Of a stretch of 45,087 nucleotides of DNA, positions 1 to 7,757 are shown piece after piece. The position numbers and the translations under genes were made by a program. Below the pieces are notes generated by a model that was not told where the DNA came from, did no database searches, and worked only from the letters and a program-made list of their open reading frames with translations. How positions within the stretch are numbered: the first letter of the stretch is position 1; each line of letters starts with the position of its first letter. Origin of the DNA: a virus; IMG/VR virus record IMGVR_UViG_3300035137_000084, positions 1-45,087 of that record; one strand, given 5' to 3'.

Positions 1-555
1 CAGGGAGCAGATTTGCGGAGAGCTTATTTGCAGGAAGCTGATTTGTGGAGAGCCAGTTTGCAGAAAGCTTATTTGCAGGAAGCTAATTTGCGGAGAGCTG
101 ATTTGCAGGGAGCAGATTTGCGGAGAGCTTATTTGCAGGAAGCTGATTTGTGGAGAGCCAGTTTGCAGAAAGCTTATTTGCAGGAAGCTAATTTGCGGAG
201 AGCTAATTTGCAGAGAGCTGATTTGCAGAGAGCTGATTTGCAGGGAGCTTATTTGTGGAGAGCCAGTTTGCAGAAAGCTTATTTGCAGAGAGCTGATTTG
301 CAGGGAGCCAATTTGCAGAGAGCCAATTTCCAGGGAGCCAATTTGCAGAGAGCCAATTTGCAGGGAGCCAATTTGCAGAGAGCCAATTTGCAGAGAGCTG
401 ATTTGCAAGGAGCTGATTTGCAAGGAGCTGATTTGCAAGGAGCTTATTTGCAGGGAGCAGATTTGCGGAGAGCTGGTTTGCAAGGAGCAGATTTGCAGGG
501 AGCAGATTTGCAGGGAGCAGATTTGCAAGGAGCAGATTTGCGGGGAGCAGATTTG
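1..555. repeat. Coding tandem repeat with 15-nt period and a 105-nt higher-order unit (1-105 vs 106-210 differ at 1 position)
   Basis: Direct reading shows the unit agc(t/a)(g/a)atttgc(a/g)g(g/a)g iterated. Nt 1-105 and 106-210 are 104/105 identical, and the same unit recurs at the 3' end of the window. Confidence 0.9.
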
Positions 556-747
556 GATTTTTCCTCTGGAATACCTTTCCATTGTGGAGGCACACATATC
601 AAAGGGGATGAAAGACTTTTTTCGCAGATGATTTATCATTTCACTCGGCAAAACTGGCAAGATTTAAACATGGAAACCCTGGTCTGGCTGCAGCAGATTC
701 CGGAAAGAATACGAGATTCTTTTAAAAAATACCGGTCTGACGTGTAA
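1..747 (+). CDS. Pentapeptide-repeat protein, C-terminal portion (same gene as 44791..45087, joined across the circular contig junction)
   Basis: Frame 3n+1 is open from nt 1. About 180 aa of uninterrupted A(D/N/S/Y)LxX pentads (ADLQG ADLRR AYLQE ADLWR ASLQK ...) are followed by a non-repeat tail of about 65 aa, with the stop at 745-747. Nt 45022-45087 duplicate nt 1-66 in the same frame. Confidence 0.85.
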   Translation, partial: QGADLRRAYLQEADLWRASLQKAYLQEANLRRADLQGADLRRAYLQEADLWRASLQKAYLQEANLRRANLQRADLQRADLQGAYLWRASLQKAYLQRADLQGANLQRANFQGANLQRANLQGANLQRANLQRADLQGADLQGADLQGAYLQGADLRRAGLQGADLQGADLQGADLQGADLRGADLDFSSGIPFHCGGTHIKGDERLFSQMIYHFTRQNWQDLNMETLVWLQQIPERIRDSFKKYRSDV

Positions 748-761
748 AGGAGAAAACGACA

Positions 762-923
762 ATGAAAGACATTCTAAACCTGAAGACAGAAGAGTATAAA
801 CAACTCCTTAACTCTATCACCCTGCAGGGCTTTGACATAAAGACTCTGCAGCAAATGGAGGAGGACACTCGAAGACTCTGGGAGCTAGAACAGAAAGTTA
901 ATAGCCATATGTGGGAGAATTGA
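762..923 (+). CDS. Hypothetical small protein (53 aa, MKDILNLKTEEYKQLL...HMWEN)
   Basis: ATG at 762 is preceded by aaaggagaaaacgaca, the SD context shared by other early genes. The frame is open to TGA 921-923. It falls below the ORF-track length cutoff. Confidence 0.6.
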   Translation: MKDILNLKTEEYKQLLNSITLQGFDIKTLQQMEEDTRRLWELEQKVNSHMWEN

Positions 924-926
924 GCC

Positions 927-1370
927 ATGCCAAAAATAAACATCTCAGCAAAAGATTACAAACAAATGAAAAATTACATGCCGGCAGATCATCCTCTTTT
1001 AAAGAGAATAAAAACAGACATACTTCTCGCCAGTATCCCAAAAGGTAAAGTTATAGAGGTAACTCTAAAAAGTAATTCTTATAGTGGCTGTGAAGTTGTT
1101 GTAAAAGCTGAAAAGATATCAAAATATTGGTGTATATCTCCGGCTCTTGAAGGTGTTCAACCTCACATATCCCGGAAAACTTTAACTCATATGCCCACAG
1201 GTTTTACTTGTGGGGTATATGGTTCTAGGGTTAAACTCCGTCGATTCTGGTTTGATCTGCCAAAAGAGATTCAGAAATATATGGATGTTAAACACCCGAC
1301 TAAGTGGAACACCGCAAGTAAACTATATGTTGAAATGATCAGATATATCCAAGCTGGTATTTTAACATAG
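927..1370 (+). CDS. Hypothetical protein (147 aa)
   Basis: ORF with ggagaa 8 nt upstream of the ATG. No recognisable motif. Flanked by short direct repeats (see findings). Confidence 0.6.
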   Translation: MPKINISAKDYKQMKNYMPADHPLLKRIKTDILLASIPKGKVIEVTLKSNSYSGCEVVVKAEKISKYWCISPALEGVQPHISRKTLTHMPTGFTCGVYGSRVKLRRFWFDLPKEIQKYMDVKHPTKWNTASKLYVEMIRYIQAGILT

Positions 1371-1452
1371 TGAAAATCAATATTGCCATGTGGGAGAATT
1401 AACTTGACTGAAAAAGCTCAAAAAGATAACATTGTCATTGCCCCAAAACAAA

Positions 1453-1483
1453 AAGGCAACCCCATATTGGAGGTTGCCTTTTT
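1453..1483 (+). terminator. Rho-independent terminator
   Basis: A 9-bp stem aaggcaacc / ggttgcctt (1453-1461 / 1472-1480) runs into a T-run at 1479-1483. Confidence 0.7.
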
Positions 1484-1561
1484 GCCGGGCTGAGGCTGAA
1501 AACCGCAACAGATGAGATAACCCTTTATATAGTGTATCCTATTATATAAAGCAACTATTTT

Positions 1562-4534
1562 TTGACCATGACACATATAACTTTTCTAAAACCAGAAGAA
1601 AATTACTGTTTCACATCAAAAACTTACCATTTAGTCGATAATAAACCCCGAGAAAAAGACAGCTACAGGATGGGGGAATATTTCTCCTTTAAGTCTTTTA
1701 ATATCTCAACCCTGAAGCAAGCGTATGATTTTATAAAAAAATATTCAGATGGTTGGATTAGAATCAACGGCAAACCCCGACCAGATCTGGATAATCTTAT
1801 AGAACCTGTCAGGCGTAATAATGTTAATTTCCCTGAAACGGAATCCAACCTGATAATGTTGGATATTGACGGATGGGCGTTACCAAAAGGTTACGAGTGG
1901 GATCTTCACAGTCCGGATGCAACCCATGATCTGATAGTCAAGATGTTGCAGATTAAAGGTTTTGACTACCTTACAACCTCCGACTTCATCTTCCTTTTGA
2001 CTTCCGGGCAATGGGAAGCTGATAGGCTTAACTGCCATCTCTATTTTTATCTTGATAAACCAATTCACATATCTGTATTAAGAGATTGGTGTACTGCCCT
2101 TGCAAAGGTCCGTCAGCAGAAAGTATTTGACCCAATGACTCAGAGGTCGGCTCAACCGGACTACATTGGAAAACGAAAATGTATAGGTTTCCAAGATCCA
2201 AGACCGGAAAAAGCAAGGATTTGTTACTGTCACAACGGAAACCCTGTCCTTTCATATGACGTGTTTCTCGAAAAATTAAATCAAGATCTAAAAAGTGCCG
2301 GATATAGTGCGGGATCAAATAACCTGCAAGCCCCTATTCGACACAACTGGCTGGAAACGCTTAAACTGTGTGGACAACCAAGCCGGGGAATTAATGAGCC
2401 ATCCCATAGGGCAGCTGCCCAACTCGTCCAGGAGGTCGGCAGGGGGGCTATATTAAGCAATATAACCCGGTATGCCGAACAGATGCACAAATCAGCATGG
2501 GAGTCAATACACACAAATGATCCGTACACCAAAGGAGAAAGAGATTACAGTAAAGATTCAATTACTTATAATAAGTTACGTTTCCAGCAATATTTAACAT
2601 CTGCCTGTAATAAAAATTTTGGCAGTCAAGTCGATAAACTTAAAGAAATAGTTGAAGGGGCTATAAATCAGGCGAGCAATGGGGATATCGCCATGTTATT
2701 TGAGCGTCCCGTTTTCGATGCTTATATGCGATTGAAGTCGAGTCATACCGGAGCTTTTGCCCATGTAAGAGCCTTGTTCAAAAAGAAATTAAGAGGGGTA
2801 GTGCCCATTACTGATTTTGAGGGCGCCGCCAGAACCCAGAACACCGGAACAGAGGAAAATAATGAGGCCCATTTTAATGGAGACATGGAAATCGAGAACC
2901 AGTATCTTAACACGGTTCTGGACGAATTTGATTGGCTGGAAGACGATAATGGTCAACACTGGTGTGGTTGGCATTCTGGTAATGGAGTGGGTAATTATAG
3001 AATTGCTTCCCTCAACAGTAATCTACGCAATATCCTCTATCAAGTCGGCCTGGAAAAATCAGGGGGGTCAGTCTCAGGTCGTTTCGGAGACAAAGCATTG
3101 CGGTTGCTCCATGGACATAAGGAAAGATACCAGGATACCCCGGAATCCAGATTTAAAAAAGTGATGGTAGGATTGAGGGTAGCTCCTGTAGGGGGTTCTT
3201 ATTCCAGTGAGTTAACCACTTGGGTACATGCAGGTCTTCAACCGGATGGTAAATCCCTATGTATAAAAATAGAACCTGGCAATATAGAGTATTTCACCCT
3301 GAAAGATTGCCCGGTAAGATGGAGAACCCCCGAAGACTTTGCCCCTATAATATTTGCAAATACGGAACAGGTAGCAAAGAAATTCAATTCCATTGAAGAT
3401 CTGAAAACCTGGACAATAGATCGGCTGTTCCAGTTCTTCACTGTTAATCGTAGTGAACAGCCTATGCTTCTTGGTATCATATTGGCTATTCTTTCCGGGA
3501 GAGGTACATCCCCTTTGATTGAGTTTGTAGGCCCAAGAGCAAGCGGTAAATCGACTGCAAGTCGTATGATGGTGGATCTGCTGGACCCAAAGAAAGGTGG
3601 GCTTAATTCAGATGGGAGTATATCTGATCTTGGATCAATAAAAAAAGAAGATCTCATTAACGTGGTCCAGGACCGGTACCTGTCGGCTTTTGATAACATG
3701 AGTGGTCTTAATCCCCGACTGCAGGATCAACTATGCCAGATAGCCACGGGGATCAGTAAAGATCAGAGAATAATGTATGTCGGCACTTACACAAAAGTCT
3801 TTGCCAAAAGACCAATCATATTATCAGCTCTTGCTCCTATTGTTACCCGATCAGATCTTGCTTCCCGGACAGAAACTTTTCATTTCAATAAGCAGTTCAT
3901 CCTTCCACCAAATACAGTAACTCACGAATGGGAACGGGATAAACCTTTTATTTTCACCGGATTAACTCACCTCTTAAAAGATGTGCTTCTGAAAATAGAC
4001 CCTTCAAGGCGAATGTCAGGCATAGAAGCAAGGCGAATGTGGTATGAAGTAGCGGACGACTTCTTTTATAAAGAAAAAGTTGAACGAGAAGGGATAAGAT
4101 TGGATCGAAAAATACAGGGATCACTTAACACTTTGGTTAATTCGGATTTTTGTCTCGGAATTGTAGCTTGGCTGCAGCAAAAAGAAAAAGATGGAAACAC
4201 CGAAGTCCAAGGTGTTGTCAGCTCCCTTCTGGATAATTTTAAAGAGTTCATACTATCCCGGCAGGGTACAACTATCATAATTCCAACCCCAGGAGAAACT
4301 ATAGAATGGAGGGTAGCAGATTGGGGCTTACGGATACCGAATACCCCTAGAGGTTTTACTTTCCAGTTAAATAAATTTTATCACACTATTTTGGACATAT
4401 GCGGTTGGGATATTAATGCCGGAATGGATCGAAAAGCGAGCGGGATCGTTAGAACTTTTTGTAAATTAAATAAGATAGAAGTAATTGACAGAGAAAATAA
4501 AATATTAGTTGATAGTCATGGTGACTTGATATAA
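1562..4534 (+). CDS. Primase-polymerase (AEP-like) fused to a P-loop (SF3/VirE-like) helicase domain; replicative primase-helicase
   Basis: N-terminal AEP-like motifs are IMLDIDGW (DxD), NCHLYFYL (sxH) and SAQPDYIG. The central region has Walker A GPRASGKST and a Walker-B-like RYLSAFDNMSG. The TTG at 1562 could be replaced by the ATG at 1568 as the true start. Confidence 0.7.
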   Translation: MTMTHITFLKPEENYCFTSKTYHLVDNKPREKDSYRMGEYFSFKSFNISTLKQAYDFIKKYSDGWIRINGKPRPDLDNLIEPVRRNNVNFPETESNLIMLDIDGWALPKGYEWDLHSPDATHDLIVKMLQIKGFDYLTTSDFIFLLTSGQWEADRLNCHLYFYLDKPIHISVLRDWCTALAKVRQQKVFDPMTQRSAQPDYIGKRKCIGFQDPRPEKARICYCHNGNPVLSYDVFLEKLNQDLKSAGYSAGSNNLQAPIRHNWLETLKLCGQPSRGINEPSHRAAAQLVQEVGRGAILSNITRYAEQMHKSAWESIHTNDPYTKGERDYSKDSITYNKLRFQQYLTSACNKNFGSQVDKLKEIVEGAINQASNGDIAMLFERPVFDAYMRLKSSHTGAFAHVRALFKKKLRGVVPITDFEGAARTQNTGTEENNEAHFNGDMEIENQYLNTVLDEFDWLEDDNGQHWCGWHSGNGVGNYRIASLNSNLRNILYQVGLEKSGGSVSGRFGDKALRLLHGHKERYQDTPESRFKKVMVGLRVAPVGGSYSSELTTWVHAGLQPDGKSLCIKIEPGNIEYFTLKDCPVRWRTPEDFAPIIFANTEQVAKKFNSIEDLKTWTIDRLFQFFTVNRSEQPMLLGIILAILSGRGTSPLIEFVGPRASGKSTASRMMVDLLDPKKGGLNSDGSISDLGSIKKEDLINVVQDRYLSAFDNMSGLNPRLQDQLCQIATGISKDQRIMYVGTYTKVFAKRPIILSALAPIVTRSDLASRTETFHFNKQFILPPNTVTHEWERDKPFIFTGLTHLLKDVLLKIDPSRRMSGIEARRMWYEVADDFFYKEKVEREGIRLDRKIQGSLNTLVNSDFCLGIVAWLQQKEKDGNTEVQGVVSSLLDNFKEFILSRQGTTIIIPTPGETIEWRVADWGLRIPNTPRGFTFQLNKFYHTILDICGWDINAGMDRKASGIVRTFCKLNKIEVIDRENKILVDSHGDLI

Positions 4535-4578
4535 TATAAAAATAAACTTCAAAAAAAATTAAAGGAGGGAACTATGAA

Positions 4579-4833
4579 ATGAAAATCAGTGAATGGCGTA
4601 AAAAGGAGGGGTTGACCCTTCAACAAATGGCTGACAAGCTAGGGTGTTCAAAACAGGCACTAGCAAAGTACGATAAAGGGACCGGTACTCCTGGTCTTGA
4701 ACTTGCTGTTGCTATTCATCAGTTGACAAAAGGAAAAGTCTCCTATGAAGAGATGATTCATTTAAGAAAGCTGAAAAAAAAGGAAACTGTGTCAACTGAC
4801 ACAAAGAAACATGGTTTCGATGATTTAATTTAA
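4579..4833 (+). CDS. XRE/Cro-type helix-turn-helix DNA-binding protein
   Basis: EGLTLQQMADKLGCSKQALAKYDKG is a typical HTH_3 motif. The SD aaaggaggg lies upstream. The protein ends in GFDDLI. Confidence 0.8.
   Translation: MKISEWRKKEGLTLQQMADKLGCSKQALAKYDKGTGTPGLELAVAIHQLTKGKVSYEEMIHLRKLKKKETVSTDTKKHGFDDLI
4789..4802. promoter_or_regulatory. Operator-like palindrome GTGTCA-AC-TGACAC (copy inside the 3' end of the HTH gene)
   Basis: Inverted 6-bp arms. The 18-nt string gtgtcaactgacacaaag is repeated exactly at 4836-4853. Confidence 0.5.
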
Positions 4834-4835
4834 AC

Positions 4836-4849
4836 GTGTCAACTGACAC
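4836..4849. promoter_or_regulatory. Operator-like palindrome GTGTCA-AC-TGACAC directly upstream of the RBS of the next gene
   Basis: Same 14-mer as 4789-4802, followed by aaaggagaaaa and the ATG at 4866. Confidence 0.5.
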
Positions 4850-4865
4850 AAAGGAGAAAAAAGAA

Positions 4866-5219
4866 ATGATAAGACTTACAATTGAAGCAGCTACAATGGT
4901 TGACTTAATGTTCCAATGTGAACAGCTAGCGCAAGGTATTTCCCCAACTGCCCCCGTTCAACCTAAGAAAGCAGCTCCGGCTCAACCTTCCCCCGTTCAA
5001 CCTGAGAAAGCAGCTCCGGCTCAACCTGCTCCGGCTCAACCTGCTCCGGTTCCTACCGTAGAAGAGGTGGCCCAGGCCGCAAAACTTTTCTTGCAGAAAA
5101 ATCCTGAAATCAATCGCCCCAAGGTAGCCGCTTTCATCAAAGAAAGAGGTGCTGAAAGAGTCACTGCTCTGGACGATGCCGGACGTGTCGATTTTCTGGA
5201 ATTGACAAAGGAGGGGTAA
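4866..5219 (+). CDS. Hypothetical protein with Pro/Ala/Gln-rich repeat linker (PVQPxKAAPAQP x2, APAQP x2)
   Basis: The ATG at 4866 follows aaaggagaaaaaagaa; the ORF track starts at the GTG at 4836. The stop overlaps the next start (TAATG). Confidence 0.65.
   Translation: MIRLTIEAATMVDLMFQCEQLAQGISPTAPVQPKKAAPAQPSPVQPEKAAPAQPAPAQPAPVPTVEEVAQAAKLFLQKNPEINRPKVAAFIKERGAERVTALDDAGRVDFLELTKEG
4951..5055. repeat. Coding tandem repeat (39-nt unit x2, then 15-nt gctccggctcaacct units)
   Basis: cccccgttcaacct(a/g)agaaagcagctccggctcaacct occurs at 4951-4988 and 4990-5027. Confidence 0.8.
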
Positions 5220-6361
5220 TGGTCGAACACAGCAAATACTTCAGCCCGAGCGGTATGAGCCGGGTACTTAAATGTCCGGGTTCGGCAAAATTATGTGCCG
5301 AGCTGCCGGATACTCAGTCCGATGCGGCAAGGGACGGTACAATACAGCATGAATTTTGTGAAAAGAACATTCACGCCTTCATGTTTAACTCAGATCTCGT
5401 TGACTATTCCTCCCTGGATAAAAAGTTTCATGGAAATGTGAAATCGGCGATGCAGATGGTAAAAGATCTGTGTGACACCAATGGCGCCCATGTGCAAGCT
5501 TTGGAATATAACAACCATATTGACGGTATGGATGATATTTTCGGCACCATGGACGTTGTTCTTTGGTCAAAGGATAATAAGCACATGCTGGTTGTAGATT
5601 ACAAGTTCGGATACAACCCGGTAGCAGCTGAGTGGAATACTCAACTGCTCATCTATGCCATTATCGCTAGAAGAATATTCAATGTCAAACCTGAAACAGT
5701 GACATTGGCTATTATCCAACCAAAGGTTCATGAGTCCAAACCTGATCTTTTTACTCTCCCGTTCAGAGAGATCCAGGATTGGAGCGTAAATAACCTGCTA
5801 CCGGTGTATAACGGAGTCAACGATGGTTCGCTGGACAACACCTTTAATCCCGGAGAGGAGCAGTGTCGGTGGTGTAAAGCACAAGCTACTTGTCCGGCAC
5901 TCAAAGACGAAGTTATGGACGCTTTGAACTATCAACCAACTGAAGACAAGCTAGGAGATCTGATCGGAAAAGTCTCGATGATCAGGGAATGGTGTGCCAG
6001 CATAGAGGCTCGTGTTCTTGACGCATTGCAGCAGGGTAAACCGGTTCCCGGCTATAAACTTGTTCGTGGCCGGGCAAACCGGAGATGGAAAGACCCGGAA
6101 GCTGCTGAGAAATGGCTCAGACTACGGAAGTTCAAAGAGAAAGACAGGTTTGTTAAAAAAGTTATTGGGATTCCGGCAGCTGAAGCCTTGATAAAGGGGA
6201 TGGCCCTGTCGAAAAAACTCCAAAACTCTTTTTCTGATTTAATCGAAAAACCGGAAGGAAAATTGACCTATGCCAAAGCGGACGACCCCCGGCAAGAGGT
6301 TATCGTGGAAACAGCAGAAGAAACCCTGAAAGATGTTACCGATTTTTCAGATCTAATCTAA
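5219..6361 (+). CDS. PD-(D/E)XK (Cas4/RecB-like, DUF2800-type) nuclease with C-terminal Cys cluster
   Basis: The N-terminus is FSPSGMSRVLKCPGSAKL. The core is MDVVLW...LVVDYKFG...QLLIYA. The Cys cluster is CRWCKAQATCP. The gene lies next to a DUF2815-like SSB as in known phage replication modules. The protein ends in FSDLI. Confidence 0.75.
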   Translation: MVEHSKYFSPSGMSRVLKCPGSAKLCAELPDTQSDAARDGTIQHEFCEKNIHAFMFNSDLVDYSSLDKKFHGNVKSAMQMVKDLCDTNGAHVQALEYNNHIDGMDDIFGTMDVVLWSKDNKHMLVVDYKFGYNPVAAEWNTQLLIYAIIARRIFNVKPETVTLAIIQPKVHESKPDLFTLPFREIQDWSVNNLLPVYNGVNDGSLDNTFNPGEEQCRWCKAQATCPALKDEVMDALNYQPTEDKLGDLIGKVSMIREWCASIEARVLDALQQGKPVPGYKLVRGRANRRWKDPEAAEKWLRLRKFKEKDRFVKKVIGIPAAEALIKGMALSKKLQNSFSDLIEKPEGKLTYAKADDPRQEVIVETAEETLKDVTDFSDLI

Positions 6362-6385
6362 ACAACGGATACAAAGGAGAAAACG

Positions 6386-6967
6386 ATGAATCCAACAACG
6401 ATCAACACACCGGAAGCCCGAATGAGTTACATGAAACTGTATCATCCTGTAAAGAACCTGAATGACAAAGAGATATATCAGGTAACTCTTCTTATCCCAA
6501 AAGAAACAGATATCTCGACCATTCAGGCCGCAATCAATCAGGTTATCGAGAATGAAAGTAACAAAAAGTTTCGAGGGGTACCGGGAGCCGCTATCCAGAG
6601 CTGCCTGAAAGACGGTGATATTTATTACCAGCAAAAACCCGAAAAGCGGGAGGCCTACATTGGCCACTGGTATATCAACTGCTCCAAAGATCCACAGTAT
6701 GGTGCGCCTACGGTCCTGGATGAAAACGGTATGCCTACAGATGATCCGGCAGTCTTTGACTCAGGTGACTACGGGATTGCTCGTATCCAGTTCTGGGGCT
6801 ACAATACCAAAGGGAATCAGGGTGTATCCTGTACCATCTTCGGGGTAAAGAAGACCCGCACAGGCGAGAAGCTTGGAGGTGGTGAGTCCAGGGATGAAAC
6901 CATGGCAGCTCTTGGAGGGTTGGCTTCCACTGCTACGGAGAGCATCGACGAAGACAGCCTGATATAA
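6386..6967 (+). CDS. ssDNA-binding protein, DUF2815 / Enc34-type (T7 gp2.5-like)
   Basis: Supported by the N-terminus TPEARMSYMKLYHP, the gene size, and its position after the DUF2800 nuclease and before polA. The acidic C-terminal tail is ESIDEDSLI. Confidence 0.65.
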   Translation: MNPTTINTPEARMSYMKLYHPVKNLNDKEIYQVTLLIPKETDISTIQAAINQVIENESNKKFRGVPGAAIQSCLKDGDIYYQQKPEKREAYIGHWYINCSKDPQYGAPTVLDENGMPTDDPAVFDSGDYGIARIQFWGYNTKGNQGVSCTIFGVKKTRTGEKLGGGESRDETMAALGGLASTATESIDEDSLI

Positions 6968-6988
6968 CGAGAGAATGAGTTGGCTTAA

Positions 6989-7017
6989 AAAGCCGGAGCA
7001 TTTTGTTCCGGCTTTTT
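6989..7017 (+). terminator. Rho-independent terminator (A-tract upstream, so possibly bidirectional)
   Basis: Stem aaagccgga / tccggcttt (6989-6997 / 7007-7015) is followed by a T-run at 7013-7017. Confidence 0.7.
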
Positions 7018-7057
7018 GACACAGTTCATAAACCCGCATGAAAGGAGAAAACAAACC

Positions 7058-7297
7058 ATGTCAAAAGTTGACGATACACCCAATAGTATTGTTGACCAGA
7101 TGGTCCGGCAGTACGAACACATTATTCCTAAAACTGAGATCTTTCACATTCCAATAGAAGAATTGTCTAATCGAGAATTACAGGCAACGATTTGTTGGAT
7201 GAATGAAACACTGCATCGGATCGTTCAATCAAATAAGGATCTCCGGGCCGAATTGCGAAAGCTCAAAGACCCTCCAAGAATAATAACTTTGAATTGA
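7058..7297 (+). CDS. Hypothetical protein, paralog of 10618..10818
   Basis: The ATG at 7058 follows gaaaggagaaaacaaacc. It shares IP(I/L)xELxxxxLxAxIC..N with the ORF immediately downstream of polA. Confidence 0.7.
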   Translation: MSKVDDTPNSIVDQMVRQYEHIIPKTEIFHIPIEELSNRELQATICWMNETLHRIVQSNKDLRAELRKLKDPPRIITLN

Positions 7298-7304
7298 GGT
7301 TACT

Positions 7305-7562
7305 ATGACTATTGAAAATACTCTACAGGAAAGAAATGATCGGTATGGTGATTTTCCGGGTCATGCTACCATCACTCAAAACATTAAAAGTGCCATGATG
7401 GCGAGCAGAGTATGGTCTAAATTATCTTTTGATAAAAAAGAAGCCCTTGAAATGATCGCTCACAAGATTGGACGTATTCTTAACGGCGATCCGGAATATA
7501 AGGACTCATGGCATGATATCTGCGGATATGCCAAGTTAATAGAAGATACCTTGGAGGATTGA
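7305..7562 (+). CDS. Conserved phage protein (tentatively DUF6378 / MazG-like all-alpha fold)
   Basis: The pattern ERNDRYGDF...EALEMIAHKIGRIL.GDP...DSWHDICGYAKL resembles a recurrent phage family. The functional assignment rests on memory only. Confidence 0.45.
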   Translation: MTIENTLQERNDRYGDFPGHATITQNIKSAMMASRVWSKLSFDKKEALEMIAHKIGRILNGDPEYKDSWHDICGYAKLIEDTLED

Positions 7563-7757
7563 ATGAAAAAACAAGACTTGGAAATATTATCCGCTGAGAT
7601 GTCTGGAATATTGGAGTTGAGTTGGTGGAATAAAGCTCCTATCCCCAAAGAATATGACATGAATAGTCAACACCTGCTGGAACGGCAGATTGAATTAAAG
7701 GCCTTGTGCCGGAGTGTACGAGACAAAGCCAATCGGTTATCAATGGAGATAAAATGA
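7563..7757 (+). CDS. Hypothetical protein (64 aa)
   Basis: ORF abutting the previous stop. Its stop overlaps the polymerase start in an ATGA. Confidence 0.6.
   Translation: MKKQDLEILSAEMSGILELSWWNKAPIPKEYDMNSQHLLERQIELKALCRSVRDKANRLSMEIK

Noticed and set aside
1-560. A regular short-period repeat array that could be mistaken for a CRISPR array or a non-coding satellite
   Set aside because: There are no unique spacers. The 15-nt period matches the A(D/N)LxX coding periodicity, in frame with a clear N-terminal cap and C-terminal tail.
203-595. 130-aa ORF on the minus strand (LSANQLLAN...)
   Set aside because: It is the antisense reading of the 15-nt-periodic pentapeptide-repeat array. The periodic, stop-free repeat keeps several frames open. 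It has no independent start context.
3238-3699. 153-aa minus-strand ORF
   Set aside because: It is antisense to the primase-helicase gene across its Walker A region. It has no SD and no motif.
4579-4833. A lysogeny module (repressor plus integrase)
   Set aside because: Only a single small XRE-type HTH gene is present. No integrase, excisionase, attP-like feature or ParAB was seen, so the phage is not called temperate.
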